Positions 1-10,745 of a stretch of DNA of 64,000 nucleotides are shown one piece after another (within the stretch, counting starts at the first letter, position 1; the number at the start of each line of letters is the position of its first letter). The position numbers and the translations under genes are program-made. Below the pieces are notes generated by a model that was not told where the DNA came from, searched no databases, and was given only the letters and a program-made list of their open reading frames with translations. Origin of the DNA: a virus; the IMG/VR virus record IMGVR_UViG_3300032214_000986, positions 56,085 to 120,084 of that record; one strand, given 5' to 3'.

Positions 1-929
1 CTACCAATATTTAATGTTCTTGACGATGGCCCTGAATAATAATTTCCTTGATTTGCGTTACCGCTCCCACCCCCTCTTAATGTTGTTGTAGAAGCAACAC
101 CATTTATGTACCATTGACCTACTTTATCCGGATTTTGACAAGTAAATGTACAATGTGTCCATTCGGTACCAATCGTATTATCGTTTGTTGACCCGGCAAT
201 TAGACGATAATTTAAAATAGAGCCCGTAACTTGGAATCTTATACAATTATCCCCATATCCCGAAATACCATACTCAGCAATAATAAAAAACCCTTTTTCG
301 GCGTTAGTTAAAGTATTACCCGCAACTACATATCTGGTATTATTTGCAAATTTTTTAATCCAAAACGAAACTGAAAACGTTCCAGCTGAAAAAATATAGT
401 TATAATCACTAGTCGTACCAATATCATTAATATAATCATCGACACCATCAAATGCAATACTACCACCGTTTGTTGTACTAAATGTAGGGCTATTCGTTAA
501 AGTTCCATTATTGGTTCTAGCGATATCATACCAAGTAGTGTTAGTCGTTGGGTATGACGGTGTAAATCCCGCATCCATTAATAAATCTAACCCCGATGTT
601 TTAATAGCATCATAATCAATATTTAAAACCATTTTATCAGTTTGTGTCATGAACCAACTTAGACATTCGGCAACCGTCGTATAATTTTGAGATGCAATTC
701 TATTAGTAAGAATTATAAGTTCAGAATCAGAATTAGCTGCGTAAATGGCAGGTCCATTAGTTGATTTATTAAGATACACTGCGTAACCACCTCTTACGGG
801 TGAAAGTCCATGCCAAAAACCGGTAGTGCTCGTAGGACCTTTACCAACGTCATTTGTCCCGATCCAAAAGTTACCTTTTTTTAATGCCAATGTTTCTGTA
901 CTTGCGTTATATTTAAACGTATTCGCCAT
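1..929 (-). CDS. LamG/concanavalin A-like domain protein, probable virion structural protein (3' end runs off the window)
   Basis: Not in the ORF track. Manual translation from the ATG at 929 gives MANTFKYNASTETLALKKGNFWIG...DAGFTPSYPTTNTTWYD...NGTLTNSPTF...FDGVDDY, a signature typical of phage LamG-like proteins. TATTTAT motif upstream at 943-949. Confidence 0.75.
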   Translation of the reverse strand, partial: MANTFKYNASTETLALKKGNFWIGTNDVGKGPTSTTGFWHGLSPVRGGYAVYLNKSTNGPAIYAANSDSELIILTNRIASQNYTTVAECLSWFMTQTDKMVLNIDYDAIKTSGLDLLMDAGFTPSYPTTNTTWYDIARTNNGTLTNSPTFSTTNGGSIAFDGVDDYINDIGTTSDYNYIFSAGTFSVSFWIKKFANNTRYVVAGNTLTNAEKGFFIIAEYGISGYGDNCIRFQVTGSILNYRLIAGSTNDNTIGTEWTHCTFTCQNPDKVGQWYINGVASTTTLRGGGSGNANQGNYYSGPSSRTLNIG

Positions 930-942
930 TAATCTTTATTAG

Positions 943-981
943 ATAAATACTTTGTTTTTAAATAACAAATACCTATATTTT
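943..981. promoter_or_regulatory. Back-to-back divergent promoters: TATTTAT motif (minus strand) and Bacteroidota-type TTTG-N19-TATATTTT (plus strand)
   Basis: ATAAATA at 943-949 (TATTTAT on minus); TTTG 951-954 and TATATTTT 974-981, 4 nt before the ATG at 986. Confidence 0.6.
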
Positions 982-985
982 TACT

Positions 986-3586
986 ATGGAAAAACTGCTT
1001 TTTATTGCCCCTCACTTATCAACAGGGGGGTTACCTCAAGTTTTGGTTAATAAAATTGAGTTATTAAAAAATGATTACATTATTAAATGTGTAGAATGGG
1101 ATTGGACAGGCGATGCATTTGTTATTCAAAAAAACAGAGTTAAAGAACATATTGGTCCTGAGAACCTTATAACTTTAGGTGAAGATAAAACAAAACTTTT
1201 TGATATTATTTCAGATTTTAATCCTGACTTAATTTGTTTGGAGGAGTTTTGTGAACACTTCATACCTGAAGAAATTAATAAAAAACTATTTTCAAAAGAT
1301 AGGTCATATAAATTATTTGAAACGACTCACGATTCAAGCATTCCCGTAACAAACAAAAGATGGTTCCCTGATAAGTTTATTTTTGTCAGCCCATTCAATG
1401 CGTTTAGATACTCTATGTTTGACGTTCCTTATGATATTATCGAATACCCAATAGATGCGGTGACACCAAATAAAGAATGGGCACAAGAACAATTAATGCT
1501 TGACCCCAATTTTAAACATGTAGTCATTGTTGGTTTATTCACCGAAAGAAAAAACCAAGCATATGCATTTGAAATGGCAAGAAGAGTAATTGGTCAAAAT
1601 ATATTATTTCATTTCATTGGGAATCAAGCCGATAATTTCGCACATTACTGGTTACCATTAATGGGTAATAAACCAGGTAACTGTATTGTATGGGGTGAAC
1701 GAAATGACGTGGACACTTTTTTACAGGCATCTGACTTATTTTTATTCCCGTCAAAAGGAGACAGAAATAATAAAGAATTAAACCCGATAGCAATAAAGGA
1801 AGCTATCAAATATGAATTACCGATGATGATGTTCAATTTGGATGTTTATTGTGGTAAGTACAATAATAACCAAAAAATTAAATTTATGAGTGGAGACATC
1901 ACCCAAGACACAAACACATTATTAGGTATGTTAGGTAAAAATGATATTTTATCATTGTTTAGTTTATCGTACGAATCGAATGAAAATAAAATTAATATTC
2001 ATTATAACCACACAGGGTCTAATGATATTAATGTTGTTGTAAAATGTATGACATCAAACGCACCGATGTATTGGTTCAACTTAAATTTTACAGAACCTTT
2101 AACTTATTTCGTTATTCCGATACCGACTAGCGTTATGAAATTTGAAGGTATGAAAAACTTTAGAGGTTTTTCAGTTGAGTTTTATAGTAATGGTGATAAC
2201 ACGTATTTGGGTAAAAAGGAAGTAGTTGTTAATAACGTATACCCTAATATACCAAGATTTAATTTTAAACCGTTCGATTGTAACTATGTAAATTATCACG
2301 AATTCTTTATCGATAAATGTTTTAGTGGTTTAGGGTTGGAAAATTTGGACACTGTTATTGATATTGGTGCTAACGTAGGATTGTTCGCAAAATACATGTA
2401 CTCAATAAATACCAAAAAAGTTATTTTGGTTGAAGCTAACCCTTATTTAAGAGAAAGTATAGAAACATTATTAGACACAGATAATGAAAAATCGGTAATA
2501 TACATGAATCCTATTTATGGCGAAAAGACAACTATTCCATTTAGATTCTCAATGGAAAACACTACTATCGGGTCTAATTATTTTGGTACTGACCACGATA
2601 GTTATAGTCAATTAACAAATGTAATTGATTGTGAAACAATCACATTAGATGAGATTTTAAAAGATAATAATTATGAACGAATCTCATTATTAAAATGTGA
2701 TATTGAGGGTGGTGAGTATCCTTTCTTTGAGTCCGTTACCGATGAACAAATCCAACTTGTTGATAGATTCATGATTGAGTTTCATGGTAATGTTAATCAT
2801 GAAATTGACCCAATATTAGAAAAACTTGAAAGAAATGATTATGAATATGAAATTATTTTATTCGAGATGGGTAGGCAAATCCGTTCACACAAGGGTATCG
2901 AACACGGAGTTATTTTTGCAAAACCAAAAAGTAAAAGAGATAAAAAACCAGGGTCAATTAATGGGTCGGTTTATCAAGTAACTAAAGATTTTGAACAAGC
3001 GCTTTGTGATTATACCGGTGCACCTTACGCAGTCACCGTGGATAACCAAAGTAACGCATTGTTTTTGGCATTAATGTATGAGAAGATTAAAGGGAAAACA
3101 ATTAGAATCCCATCTAGAACATATCCTTCAGTACCTTGTGAAATTATACACGCAGGAGGCAAAGTAGAGTTTGAAGATTTTGGAGGTACAACGTTAAAAG
3201 GAGCATACCAACTACAACCAACCAAAGTTTGGGATAGTGCGTTAAGATTTACTTCAGATATGTACATTCATAATTCACATATGTGTTTATCATTTACCGG
3301 ACCTTATAAACATTTAAAACTTGGTAAGGGTGGTGCTATTCTTACGGATGATTACGAAGCATACAAATGGTTTAAACGAGCAAGATATTCAGGTAGAAAC
3401 GAATGTTCTTACCATGAGGATGAATTAGATATGTTGGGTTGGAATTTTTATATGTTACCGGAATTGGCGTCTCGTGGACTTCTACTTATGAACCAATTCT
3501 ATAAAGTTGACGGATCCCCTAAACATAATGAGGATTTGGAATTACCTTATCCTGACCTATCCAAATTTGACGTATACAAAAAATAA
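986..3586 (+). CDS. Fusion: GT4-type glycosyltransferase + FkbM-family methyltransferase + DegT/DnrJ/EryC1/StrS aminotransferase-like domain
   Basis: N-terminal PHLSTGG, ERKNQ and DLFLFPS motifs (GT-B); VIDIGANVG and LLKCDIEGGE (FkbM); C-terminal FEQALCDYTGAPYAV...SFTGPYKHL..GKGGAILT (DegT-like). Confidence 0.85.
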   Translation: MEKLLFIAPHLSTGGLPQVLVNKIELLKNDYIIKCVEWDWTGDAFVIQKNRVKEHIGPENLITLGEDKTKLFDIISDFNPDLICLEEFCEHFIPEEINKKLFSKDRSYKLFETTHDSSIPVTNKRWFPDKFIFVSPFNAFRYSMFDVPYDIIEYPIDAVTPNKEWAQEQLMLDPNFKHVVIVGLFTERKNQAYAFEMARRVIGQNILFHFIGNQADNFAHYWLPLMGNKPGNCIVWGERNDVDTFLQASDLFLFPSKGDRNNKELNPIAIKEAIKYELPMMMFNLDVYCGKYNNNQKIKFMSGDITQDTNTLLGMLGKNDILSLFSLSYESNENKINIHYNHTGSNDINVVVKCMTSNAPMYWFNLNFTEPLTYFVIPIPTSVMKFEGMKNFRGFSVEFYSNGDNTYLGKKEVVVNNVYPNIPRFNFKPFDCNYVNYHEFFIDKCFSGLGLENLDTVIDIGANVGLFAKYMYSINTKKVILVEANPYLRESIETLLDTDNEKSVIYMNPIYGEKTTIPFRFSMENTTIGSNYFGTDHDSYSQLTNVIDCETITLDEILKDNNYERISLLKCDIEGGEYPFFESVTDEQIQLVDRFMIEFHGNVNHEIDPILEKLERNDYEYEIILFEMGRQIRSHKGIEHGVIFAKPKSKRDKKPGSINGSVYQVTKDFEQALCDYTGAPYAVTVDNQSNALFLALMYEKIKGKTIRIPSRTYPSVPCEIIHAGGKVEFEDFGGTTLKGAYQLQPTKVWDSALRFTSDMYIHNSHMCLSFTGPYKHLKLGKGGAILTDDYEAYKWFKRARYSGRNECSYHEDELDMLGWNFYMLPELASRGLLLMNQFYKVDGSPKHNEDLELPYPDLSKFDVYKK

Positions 3587-3587
3587 T

Positions 3588-4382
3588 ATGTATAATAACA
3601 AAAAAATTTCATTAGCCATAACATCATCTAAAAGATTTGAGTTACTACAAATGACTATTCGTGGTTTTGTCACATTTTGTAATGATTTAGATATTATCGA
3701 TAATATTATATTTTTTGATGATTCATCGTCAAATATTGATAAAATTAATATGGAACGACTATTACGAGACAAGTTTCCAAATAAAAATATAATAGTAACT
3801 CATTTTTATAAAAATTCTTTTGAGGATGGATACAGACATTCAAGAATTTTAAATGAAATGAGAAAAAAATTAATTGAGACTGAAACTGATTACTTTTTTA
3901 TGTTGGAGGATGATTATCTCTTTGTTAATCATTTTTACATAAAAGAAGCTATAGACATATTAGAAAACAATGAAGAATATGGGTATGTGGGGTTTTCACA
4001 ATCTTATAAAAATTTTCCACCTGAAATCCAACCTAAAATTATTGGTGACTTCTGGGAATGGTATTACGATACCGAAAAACCTATAAACGAACATCTATTT
4101 TTAGATGAGGTTTCTGCCACCCAAACAATGATTCCAAATATTTGGATGATGTATACAAATTGGCCTAGTTTCTCACTTAGACCCGGTATTAACCACACAG
4201 AAAGATTTTTAAGTATCGGTGAATTTTCGACAGACTACGATACAAATGAAATGAGAACCGAGTTGGAGTTTGCAATAAGATGGTCAAAAAAATATAAAAG
4301 TCTTTGTCATAAAAACTTTCATATAATAAATTTAGCGTGGGACTCAACTAAAAGTTCATACAATTTAAATAATAGTAATTAA
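3588..4382 (+). CDS. GT2/GT-A fold glycosyltransferase-like protein
   Basis: ITSSKR, FFDDSS and FFMLEDDY (DxD-like) motifs. Start moved to ATG 3588, directly after the upstream stop. Confidence 0.65.
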   Translation: MYNNKKISLAITSSKRFELLQMTIRGFVTFCNDLDIIDNIIFFDDSSSNIDKINMERLLRDKFPNKNIIVTHFYKNSFEDGYRHSRILNEMRKKLIETETDYFFMLEDDYLFVNHFYIKEAIDILENNEEYGYVGFSQSYKNFPPEIQPKIIGDFWEWYYDTEKPINEHLFLDEVSATQTMIPNIWMMYTNWPSFSLRPGINHTERFLSIGEFSTDYDTNEMRTELEFAIRWSKKYKSLCHKNFHIINLAWDSTKSSYNLNNSN

Positions 4383-5683
4383 TGGATTTTAATAATTTAT
4401 GGGAAAAATGTTTAAGATATAATATTGAACAAAAACCCGAGGAGTTTAAACAATTTTTAGAGGTTTTAGGTAACCAAAAGAATAAAAAATATGCACTAGA
4501 GATTGGGTCAAATTATGGTGGGACTTCATACGCATTATGTCATATATATGATTATGTAATATCTTTAGATATCAAACATCATGAAAATTTTGATAAGATA
4601 AAGGAGGAGTTCCCAAACTACAACTATATAATTTCAGACTCAACATTAAATGATACTGTTAAAATTATTAAAAATTTAGGTATTGTGTTTGATTTTATAT
4701 TCATTGATGGCGACCACTCATATGACGGTGTTAAAAACGATTATGATAAGTATAAACAATTTTTATCCCACGATGGGTTTTTAGGTTTTCATGACATCAT
4801 ACCAAGTGAAGAAACAGAAAAACATAATATTTTTGTACATAAGTTCTTTAAAGAATTAAAAGAAACTTACAACGAAGTGTATGAATTCGTCGCAACAGAA
4901 AAAAACCCAATTTATAGAAAAGATAATTTATTTCATAAAATATTAGAAAATCAACCGTACGACATTTGGGGGGGTATCGGGTTAATAAAAAATAATAAGG
5001 TTTCTATTTTCTCACACAACTACCTAGACAACGATTGGTATAATATACTTAACAACCAACTTTTTAAATTAAAAAATAGTGGCCTTTATAAAAGATCTGA
5101 CAAAATTTATTTAGGGGTTTATTCCACCCAAAAAAATAATATTAAAATTTTTAAAGATATTATTTTAGGATTCGATGAGGATTTAAAAATTGAGGTCGTG
5201 GTTTTTGATAATAATTTGTCAGAATATGGGACGTTAACCCTTTTACAAAATTATTGTAAAATTAACCCGAATTCTACTGTTTTATATTACCATACTAAAG
5301 GGTCGTCTAGAGAAAAAAATTATTATATAGATTCTTGGAGAGAGTGTTTAGAATATTTTTGTATAGAGGAGTGGTTACGGCCGTTAAAAGACATATTAAA
5401 TAAAGAGTGTGACGTGTGCGGGTCACTATACGTTGAGTCATTTAAATTTCTTGATTATCATTTACAAAATTATTTTTCTGGTAATTTTTGGTGGTCATCT
5501 TCTAATCATATTAACACCTTAGAACAAATCACAAAATTACATCACAATAGTAATGGTGAAAGAATTAATTCAGAACTATGGGTAGGTACTAAACCGCATT
5601 ATTGGAAAAGTTACTATAACGAGAATGTTTCGTCGTGGTATGAACATTATTTTGACCCAAAAAAATATAAAATAAATATATGA
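4382..5683 (+). CDS. Class I SAM methyltransferase (Methyltransf_24-like) fused to a putative glycosyltransferase-like domain
   Basis: LEIGSNYGG, FIFIDGDHSY and GFHD motifs; C-terminal YYHTKG...FSGNFWW domain. Confidence 0.75.
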   Translation: MDFNNLWEKCLRYNIEQKPEEFKQFLEVLGNQKNKKYALEIGSNYGGTSYALCHIYDYVISLDIKHHENFDKIKEEFPNYNYIISDSTLNDTVKIIKNLGIVFDFIFIDGDHSYDGVKNDYDKYKQFLSHDGFLGFHDIIPSEETEKHNIFVHKFFKELKETYNEVYEFVATEKNPIYRKDNLFHKILENQPYDIWGGIGLIKNNKVSIFSHNYLDNDWYNILNNQLFKLKNSGLYKRSDKIYLGVYSTQKNNIKIFKDIILGFDEDLKIEVVVFDNNLSEYGTLTLLQNYCKINPNSTVLYYHTKGSSREKNYYIDSWRECLEYFCIEEWLRPLKDILNKECDVCGSLYVESFKFLDYHLQNYFSGNFWWSSSNHINTLEQITKLHHNSNGERINSELWVGTKPHYWKSYYNENVSSWYEHYFDPKKYKINI

Positions 5684-6261
5684 AAAGGGCGATAATAGGT
5701 TATGGTGGACACGCAAGAGAGGTGATGTCCCAAATGGGTGAAAAAATACCTTGTTTTGTTGAGGATGAGTTTTATTTTCCACAAAATAATGTCTTTCCAT
5801 TATCAGAATTCAATCATAATGAATATGAAGTAATGGTTGCTATTGCGGATACAAACGTTAGAAAAAGAATCGTTGATAGATTACCAATTGACACTAAATT
5901 TTTTACTTTTATACACCCAAATTCATTAATTGGTGAAAATGTGATAATAGGGGATGGTTCATTTATCGGGGCTTACTCAATATTAACAATTGATATAAAG
6001 ATGGGTAATCACTCAATACTTAATCGATTTAATCAGATAGGTCATGACTCGTTTATTGGTGATTATTTTAGTATGATGCCAGGAGCAATAATTTCAGGTA
6101 ATGTAAAAATAGGGAATAAGGTATATTTGGGTACCAACTCATCAATAAAGGAAAAAATCACCATAACCGATGATGTTATTATCGGATTAAATAGCGGTGT
6201 CGTTAAAGACATAACAGAAATGGGTACTTATGTTGGGGTACCAGTTAAAAAAATTAAATAA
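5680..6261 (+). CDS. NeuD/PglD-family sugar O-acetyltransferase (hexapeptide repeats)
   Basis: IIGYGGHAREV, IGHD, left-handed beta-helix hexapeptides and terminal VGVPVK. Confidence 0.9.
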   Translation: MKRAIIGYGGHAREVMSQMGEKIPCFVEDEFYFPQNNVFPLSEFNHNEYEVMVAIADTNVRKRIVDRLPIDTKFFTFIHPNSLIGENVIIGDGSFIGAYSILTIDIKMGNHSILNRFNQIGHDSFIGDYFSMMPGAIISGNVKIGNKVYLGTNSSIKEKITITDDVIIGLNSGVVKDITEMGTYVGVPVKKIK

Positions 6262-7988
6262 TGAAAAAATTATCAGTATTGGTTCCAAGTTATAATTTTG
6301 GTGAATTTATAACCGATTGTGTTGACTCGATATATAATCAAAAAACAAATTTTGATTTTGAAGTTATTGTTAGAGATGATAAATCTAATGATAACACAAA
6401 TGAAAAATTAGAACTTTTAAAAGAAAAATACCCGAGTATCATCATACTTGATGGGTCGGTAAATTTAGGAGCATTTCATAATATAAAATTACTTTATGAA
6501 AGTGCAAACTCGGAGTATGTTGCATATCTTGACGGTGACGATATGTTTGGTGACACGGACAAACTACAAAGACAGGTGGAATTTTTAGATACCCACCCGG
6601 AATATGTTATGCACTTTACAGGTACTCGATACTTGAAACAAGATGGTACTATTTTTCCAAACGATTCGAGATTAATATGTTCTGTTAAAGATATTATAAC
6701 AATTTATGATTTATTAGAATCTAATTATGTTGGGTTTGGTAGAATGTTTAGAAAACTACCCAATATTTTTAAAGAAAAGTATTCCGATTTACCGTATGTT
6801 GATTGGCCAACAAGTTATGAGTTAAGTAAGTACGGATCAATATTCTATGAAGATTTTTTTGGTGGTTTGTATAGGATATCAAGTACAGGTATATACTCAA
6901 CATTAAGTGAAGAAGAAAAACAATCGGGAGCTAACTTAGTTCGTAAAGTGATTAATGATGATTACATGTTAGAAAATATGAAACCAATCACAATCATAGA
7001 TTGTTTTATACACACAAACGAAGTTTTAAATAAACTACGTCTTTCGTTACATAATTTAAAAAAATACGGTAATAAAATACTATTAGTTACCAATACTACC
7101 CCACCACAGGATATAATTGAAAGTGTTGATTTTTTGTTTTACAACACAGAAAATAAACTATTCGAGGAGGAATATGAAAACGTCGGGTTAGTTGATTTGT
7201 GGAAGGCATATGATATGATAGTCATCCACGAAATCACTAAAGACATACAAAGACACGGGTTGTCAGTAATGTGTAACCTTTTTAATAGTTTGGATATTGC
7301 AAAATCCTTAGGTTTTACACACTTCCAAAGAATTGAGGTTGATGACATGTTCACAGATGATGGTTACGATTATATGATGACAGTACCTAATAAATGTGTA
7401 GAACAAAATAAAAAATCATTATTTTATATTAATGAGGGAAGAGATATATCATTTCATTATTTCTTCTCTGAAATTGACTTCTTTTTAAATAATGTGAATA
7501 GGGTTACTGATGAAAAATCATATAGGGATTATGTTAGAAAAAACGGATACGGAAATGATTTTATAAATGTTGAAAAGTATGTTTATAACAACTTACTTAA
7601 AACAGGGTTATCAGACATACTTGTAAGGAACGGTGAGGATGACATGGATTCAGATTTTCCTAACACATTATGGAATAGCATTTCAACTCAATCTAATTTA
7701 CCAACAAAATTTAATGGATGTTCGACTAAAATTTATAGGGTAGAGGGGTCAACGAATCTTTCAGTATTAAGTTTCAATTATAATGATTTTCAATCATTAA
7801 GGAAGATTGTTGTTTGTTTTGAAAATAATGAAATTACAATACACCACAGACTTGATTATGACGGAGCATGGATGTATAATATTTTTGAAGATGAGATTAA
7901 AAAAATAAAAGTATATGACGATAAAACGAATGAGTTTTTATACGAAATAGAAAATAAAGAAATTTGGGATAAAATAGAATTTAAATAA
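6261..7988 (+). CDS. GT2 glycosyltransferase with uncharacterised C-terminal domain
   Basis: SVLVPSYN, VRDDKSND and YLDGDD...KLQRQV motifs. Confidence 0.85.
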   Translation: MKKLSVLVPSYNFGEFITDCVDSIYNQKTNFDFEVIVRDDKSNDNTNEKLELLKEKYPSIIILDGSVNLGAFHNIKLLYESANSEYVAYLDGDDMFGDTDKLQRQVEFLDTHPEYVMHFTGTRYLKQDGTIFPNDSRLICSVKDIITIYDLLESNYVGFGRMFRKLPNIFKEKYSDLPYVDWPTSYELSKYGSIFYEDFFGGLYRISSTGIYSTLSEEEKQSGANLVRKVINDDYMLENMKPITIIDCFIHTNEVLNKLRLSLHNLKKYGNKILLVTNTTPPQDIIESVDFLFYNTENKLFEEEYENVGLVDLWKAYDMIVIHEITKDIQRHGLSVMCNLFNSLDIAKSLGFTHFQRIEVDDMFTDDGYDYMMTVPNKCVEQNKKSLFYINEGRDISFHYFFSEIDFFLNNVNRVTDEKSYRDYVRKNGYGNDFINVEKYVYNNLLKTGLSDILVRNGEDDMDSDFPNTLWNSISTQSNLPTKFNGCSTKIYRVEGSTNLSVLSFNYNDFQSLRKIVVCFENNEITIHHRLDYDGAWMYNIFEDEIKKIKVYDDKTNEFLYEIENKEIWDKIEFK

Positions 7989-7989
7989 A

Positions 7990-10110
7990 ATGAAAATAAC
8001 TCACGTAACACCAGGATTAATAACAATTCCACCTAATGGATGGGGAGCAATTGAAAAGGTGATTTGGAATTACCATCTAAACTTACAATGTCAAGGACAT
8101 GAGTCTGAAATTAAATATTTAAGTGAGGTTGATAGGAATTCAGATATTATTCACATTCATGTTGCAAATTTAGCTATCGAGGCACATGAAATGGGGATAC
8201 CGTATATTTTTTCATTACACGACCACCATGTTGTTGAATATGGTAGGGATTCCGAACTGTATCAATTAAATTTAAAAGCAATAAAAAATTCAATTATTTC
8301 GTTTTGCCATGCCGAATTTTTGGTTGATTATTTTATTGAAACTGACAAGTTATTTTATTTATCTCACGGGGTTGATACTGAGTTTTTTGATAACCTAAGT
8401 TCAGAGGGAATACCTAACCATAAAATATTATGTCTCGCAAATAATGGTTTTGCATATAACCAATCAATAGATAGGAAAGGATTTAGATACGCAATAGAAG
8501 CAGCAAGAGAATTAGATTTAGAAATTACGGTGGCAGGGCCTGATAATAATAAAAACTTTTTTGATTCAAACCCTGACCTATTAGAATACGAAAAGTTGAC
8601 CGTGATTTACGGTAACCCTGACGAAGAGTCAATTAAGAGATTATATAACACACATACAATATTTGCTCACCCATCTATTTTAGAGGCGGGACACCCAAAT
8701 TTAACATTATTAGAGGCGATGTCTTGCGGGTTACCAACAGTCGGTACTTACGACGGTGCACCAAAAATAGGAGGTTTAAGAAAGATTGAAAGAAACACTG
8801 ATTCAGTGGTCGATGGTCTTAAGTACGTTATTGAACATTGGGGGAAGTTATTTAATGAAACCAAAGAGACAAGGAATGATTTTGATTGGTCAACAATAAC
8901 AAAAAGGTTAATTAATATTTATAGTTCTGTTGCAATCATAAATAAAAACTATAAATCGGAAGACACTAAAAATCTTTTAGTTGATACCTTAACTAACACA
9001 AAAATACAGTACAGAGAACCAAGAGAAAATGTTTCATTTAGTTTACATTTTGTTGGATCACCAACGATAGAAATAAAAGGATCAGGAGATAAAAAATATA
9101 CTGTAGAATTTTGGGATGGAGACGTTTTAACTTATCGTTCTGAACTATCTCCAAATATGTGGGCAAAATTAAATACTTTATATTATAAACCGTGGACTTG
9201 TAAAATATTTAATGGTGACGAGTTGGTGTATGAACATAAGTTAAACCTTAAAAATAAAAAGGTTTATGTTTCCTTAGAATCAAAATCTTTAGGTGATACA
9301 ATGGCTTGGCTTCCACAATGTGAAGAATTTAGAAAGGTTCACGATTGTGAATTAATAGTGTCTACATTTATGAATGATTTATTTATTGGTCAATACCCAA
9401 ACATTAAATTTGTAAATCCTGGTGATGTTGTACATGACCTTTACGCTATGTATAATATTGGTTGGTTTAATGAAGGTGATAATGTTGATTATAATAGACA
9501 CCCAAACGATTTTAAAAAACAACCTCTACAAAAAACCGCATCAGATATTTTAGGTCTACAACATAAAGAAGTAAGACCATTATTAAATTTACCAAAAGTA
9601 GAAAAACAAAAAAAAGTAGGTCTCGGTATACATTCAACCGCACAGGCAAAATATTGGAATAACCCAAACGGGTGGCAAGAAGTGGTTGACCACTTAAGAA
9701 TGTTAGGTTATGAATGTGTGATATATTCAAATGAAGGTGATGGTTATATGGGTAATTTTTACCCAAAAAACGCAACCGTATTTAAAAGTGGTGACATTAA
9801 AGATGTTATAAATGACTTATCCACTTGTGAATTTTTCATAGGGTTAGGGTCAGGATTAAGTTGGTTGGCATGGGCTTGTGAACTACCCGTAATTTTAATT
9901 TCAGGTTTTAGTGAAAAATGGGCTGAAATGGAATTAGACGTTTATCGAGTAATAAATGAAAATGTATGTCACGGTTGTTTCAATAATGAAAAATTCGATG
10001 CGGGAGATTGGAATTGGTGTCCAAAACTTAAGGGAACCAAAAGACAATTTGAGTGTACGAAAACTATATCATCTGAAATGGTTATTAATAAAATCAATAA
10101 TTTACTTTAA
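7990..10110 (+). CDS. GT4 glycosyltransferase fused to an autotransporter O-heptosyltransferase (TibC/AAH-like, GT9-related) domain
   Basis: IPPNGWGAIE and LLEAMSCGLP (GT4); SLGDTMAW, HSTAQAKYWN, FIGLGSGLSWLAW and CHGC..CP..FEC (TibC-like Fe-binding cysteines). Confidence 0.8.
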   Translation: MKITHVTPGLITIPPNGWGAIEKVIWNYHLNLQCQGHESEIKYLSEVDRNSDIIHIHVANLAIEAHEMGIPYIFSLHDHHVVEYGRDSELYQLNLKAIKNSIISFCHAEFLVDYFIETDKLFYLSHGVDTEFFDNLSSEGIPNHKILCLANNGFAYNQSIDRKGFRYAIEAARELDLEITVAGPDNNKNFFDSNPDLLEYEKLTVIYGNPDEESIKRLYNTHTIFAHPSILEAGHPNLTLLEAMSCGLPTVGTYDGAPKIGGLRKIERNTDSVVDGLKYVIEHWGKLFNETKETRNDFDWSTITKRLINIYSSVAIINKNYKSEDTKNLLVDTLTNTKIQYREPRENVSFSLHFVGSPTIEIKGSGDKKYTVEFWDGDVLTYRSELSPNMWAKLNTLYYKPWTCKIFNGDELVYEHKLNLKNKKVYVSLESKSLGDTMAWLPQCEEFRKVHDCELIVSTFMNDLFIGQYPNIKFVNPGDVVHDLYAMYNIGWFNEGDNVDYNRHPNDFKKQPLQKTASDILGLQHKEVRPLLNLPKVEKQKKVGLGIHSTAQAKYWNNPNGWQEVVDHLRMLGYECVIYSNEGDGYMGNFYPKNATVFKSGDIKDVINDLSTCEFFIGLGSGLSWLAWACELPVILISGFSEKWAEMELDVYRVINENVCHGCFNNEKFDAGDWNWCPKLKGTKRQFECTKTISSEMVINKINNLL

Positions 10111-10114
10111 GATA

Positions 10115-10744
10115 TTAACAAGGACCTTGATAATCTAATCTTGGTATACCTGGATCCCAGTACCAACAATCGGTACCATCGGAATAGAAACCACCTTGTG
10201 CTGGTGTCCTACATGTATCGTCATCATAAATACCGAAGGCATTTGATAAATTACAATCGGCTAATTTACATATTGAAAGGTAAACCATTCGTGGATCGTT
10301 ACATGAACAAGCTTCACTACAATCATTTCCAAAACATAACTCAACAACACAACAATCACGATCACATTCAGTAGGTGTAGGCGTTGGTGTTGGTTCGGCA
10401 GCTGTAGGTGTAGGTGTAGGTGTTGGTGGTACAGGTGTAGGTGTCGGTGTTGGAGTTCTTGTTGGTGTAGGTGTTGGAGGTACAGGTGTAGGTGTTGGCG
10501 TAGGACTAATAGTTGGTGTCGGTGTTGGTGTTCTTGTAGGTGTTGGACTAATTGTCGGTGTAGGTGTTGGCGTAGGTGTTCTTGTTGGTGTTGGAGTCGG
10601 TGTAGGACTAATAGTCGGTGTAGGTGTCGGCGCTACGGGACAAAACGCATTCTCGTCCCAATATTGTATACTGGCTTTCGCCTTATCCGTAACTTTAGAT
10701 ACGCTAACACATAAAACATCATTTATTTTAGTTATTACTCCCAT
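10115..10744 (-). CDS. Pro-Thr linker protein with Cys-rich C-terminal domain, probably virion-associated
   Basis: About 85-residue (PT)n tract followed by about 11 Cys; sits directly downstream of the fibre gene. Confidence 0.7.
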   Translation of the reverse strand: MGVITKINDVLCVSVSKVTDKAKASIQYWDENAFCPVAPTPTPTISPTPTPTPTRTPTPTPTPTISPTPTRTPTPTPTISPTPTPTPVPPTPTPTRTPTPTPTPVPPTPTPTPTAAEPTPTPTPTECDRDCCVVELCFGNDCSEACSCNDPRMVYLSICKLADCNLSNAFGIYDDDTCRTPAQGGFYSDGTDCWYWDPGIPRLDYQGPC

Positions 10745-10745
10745 A

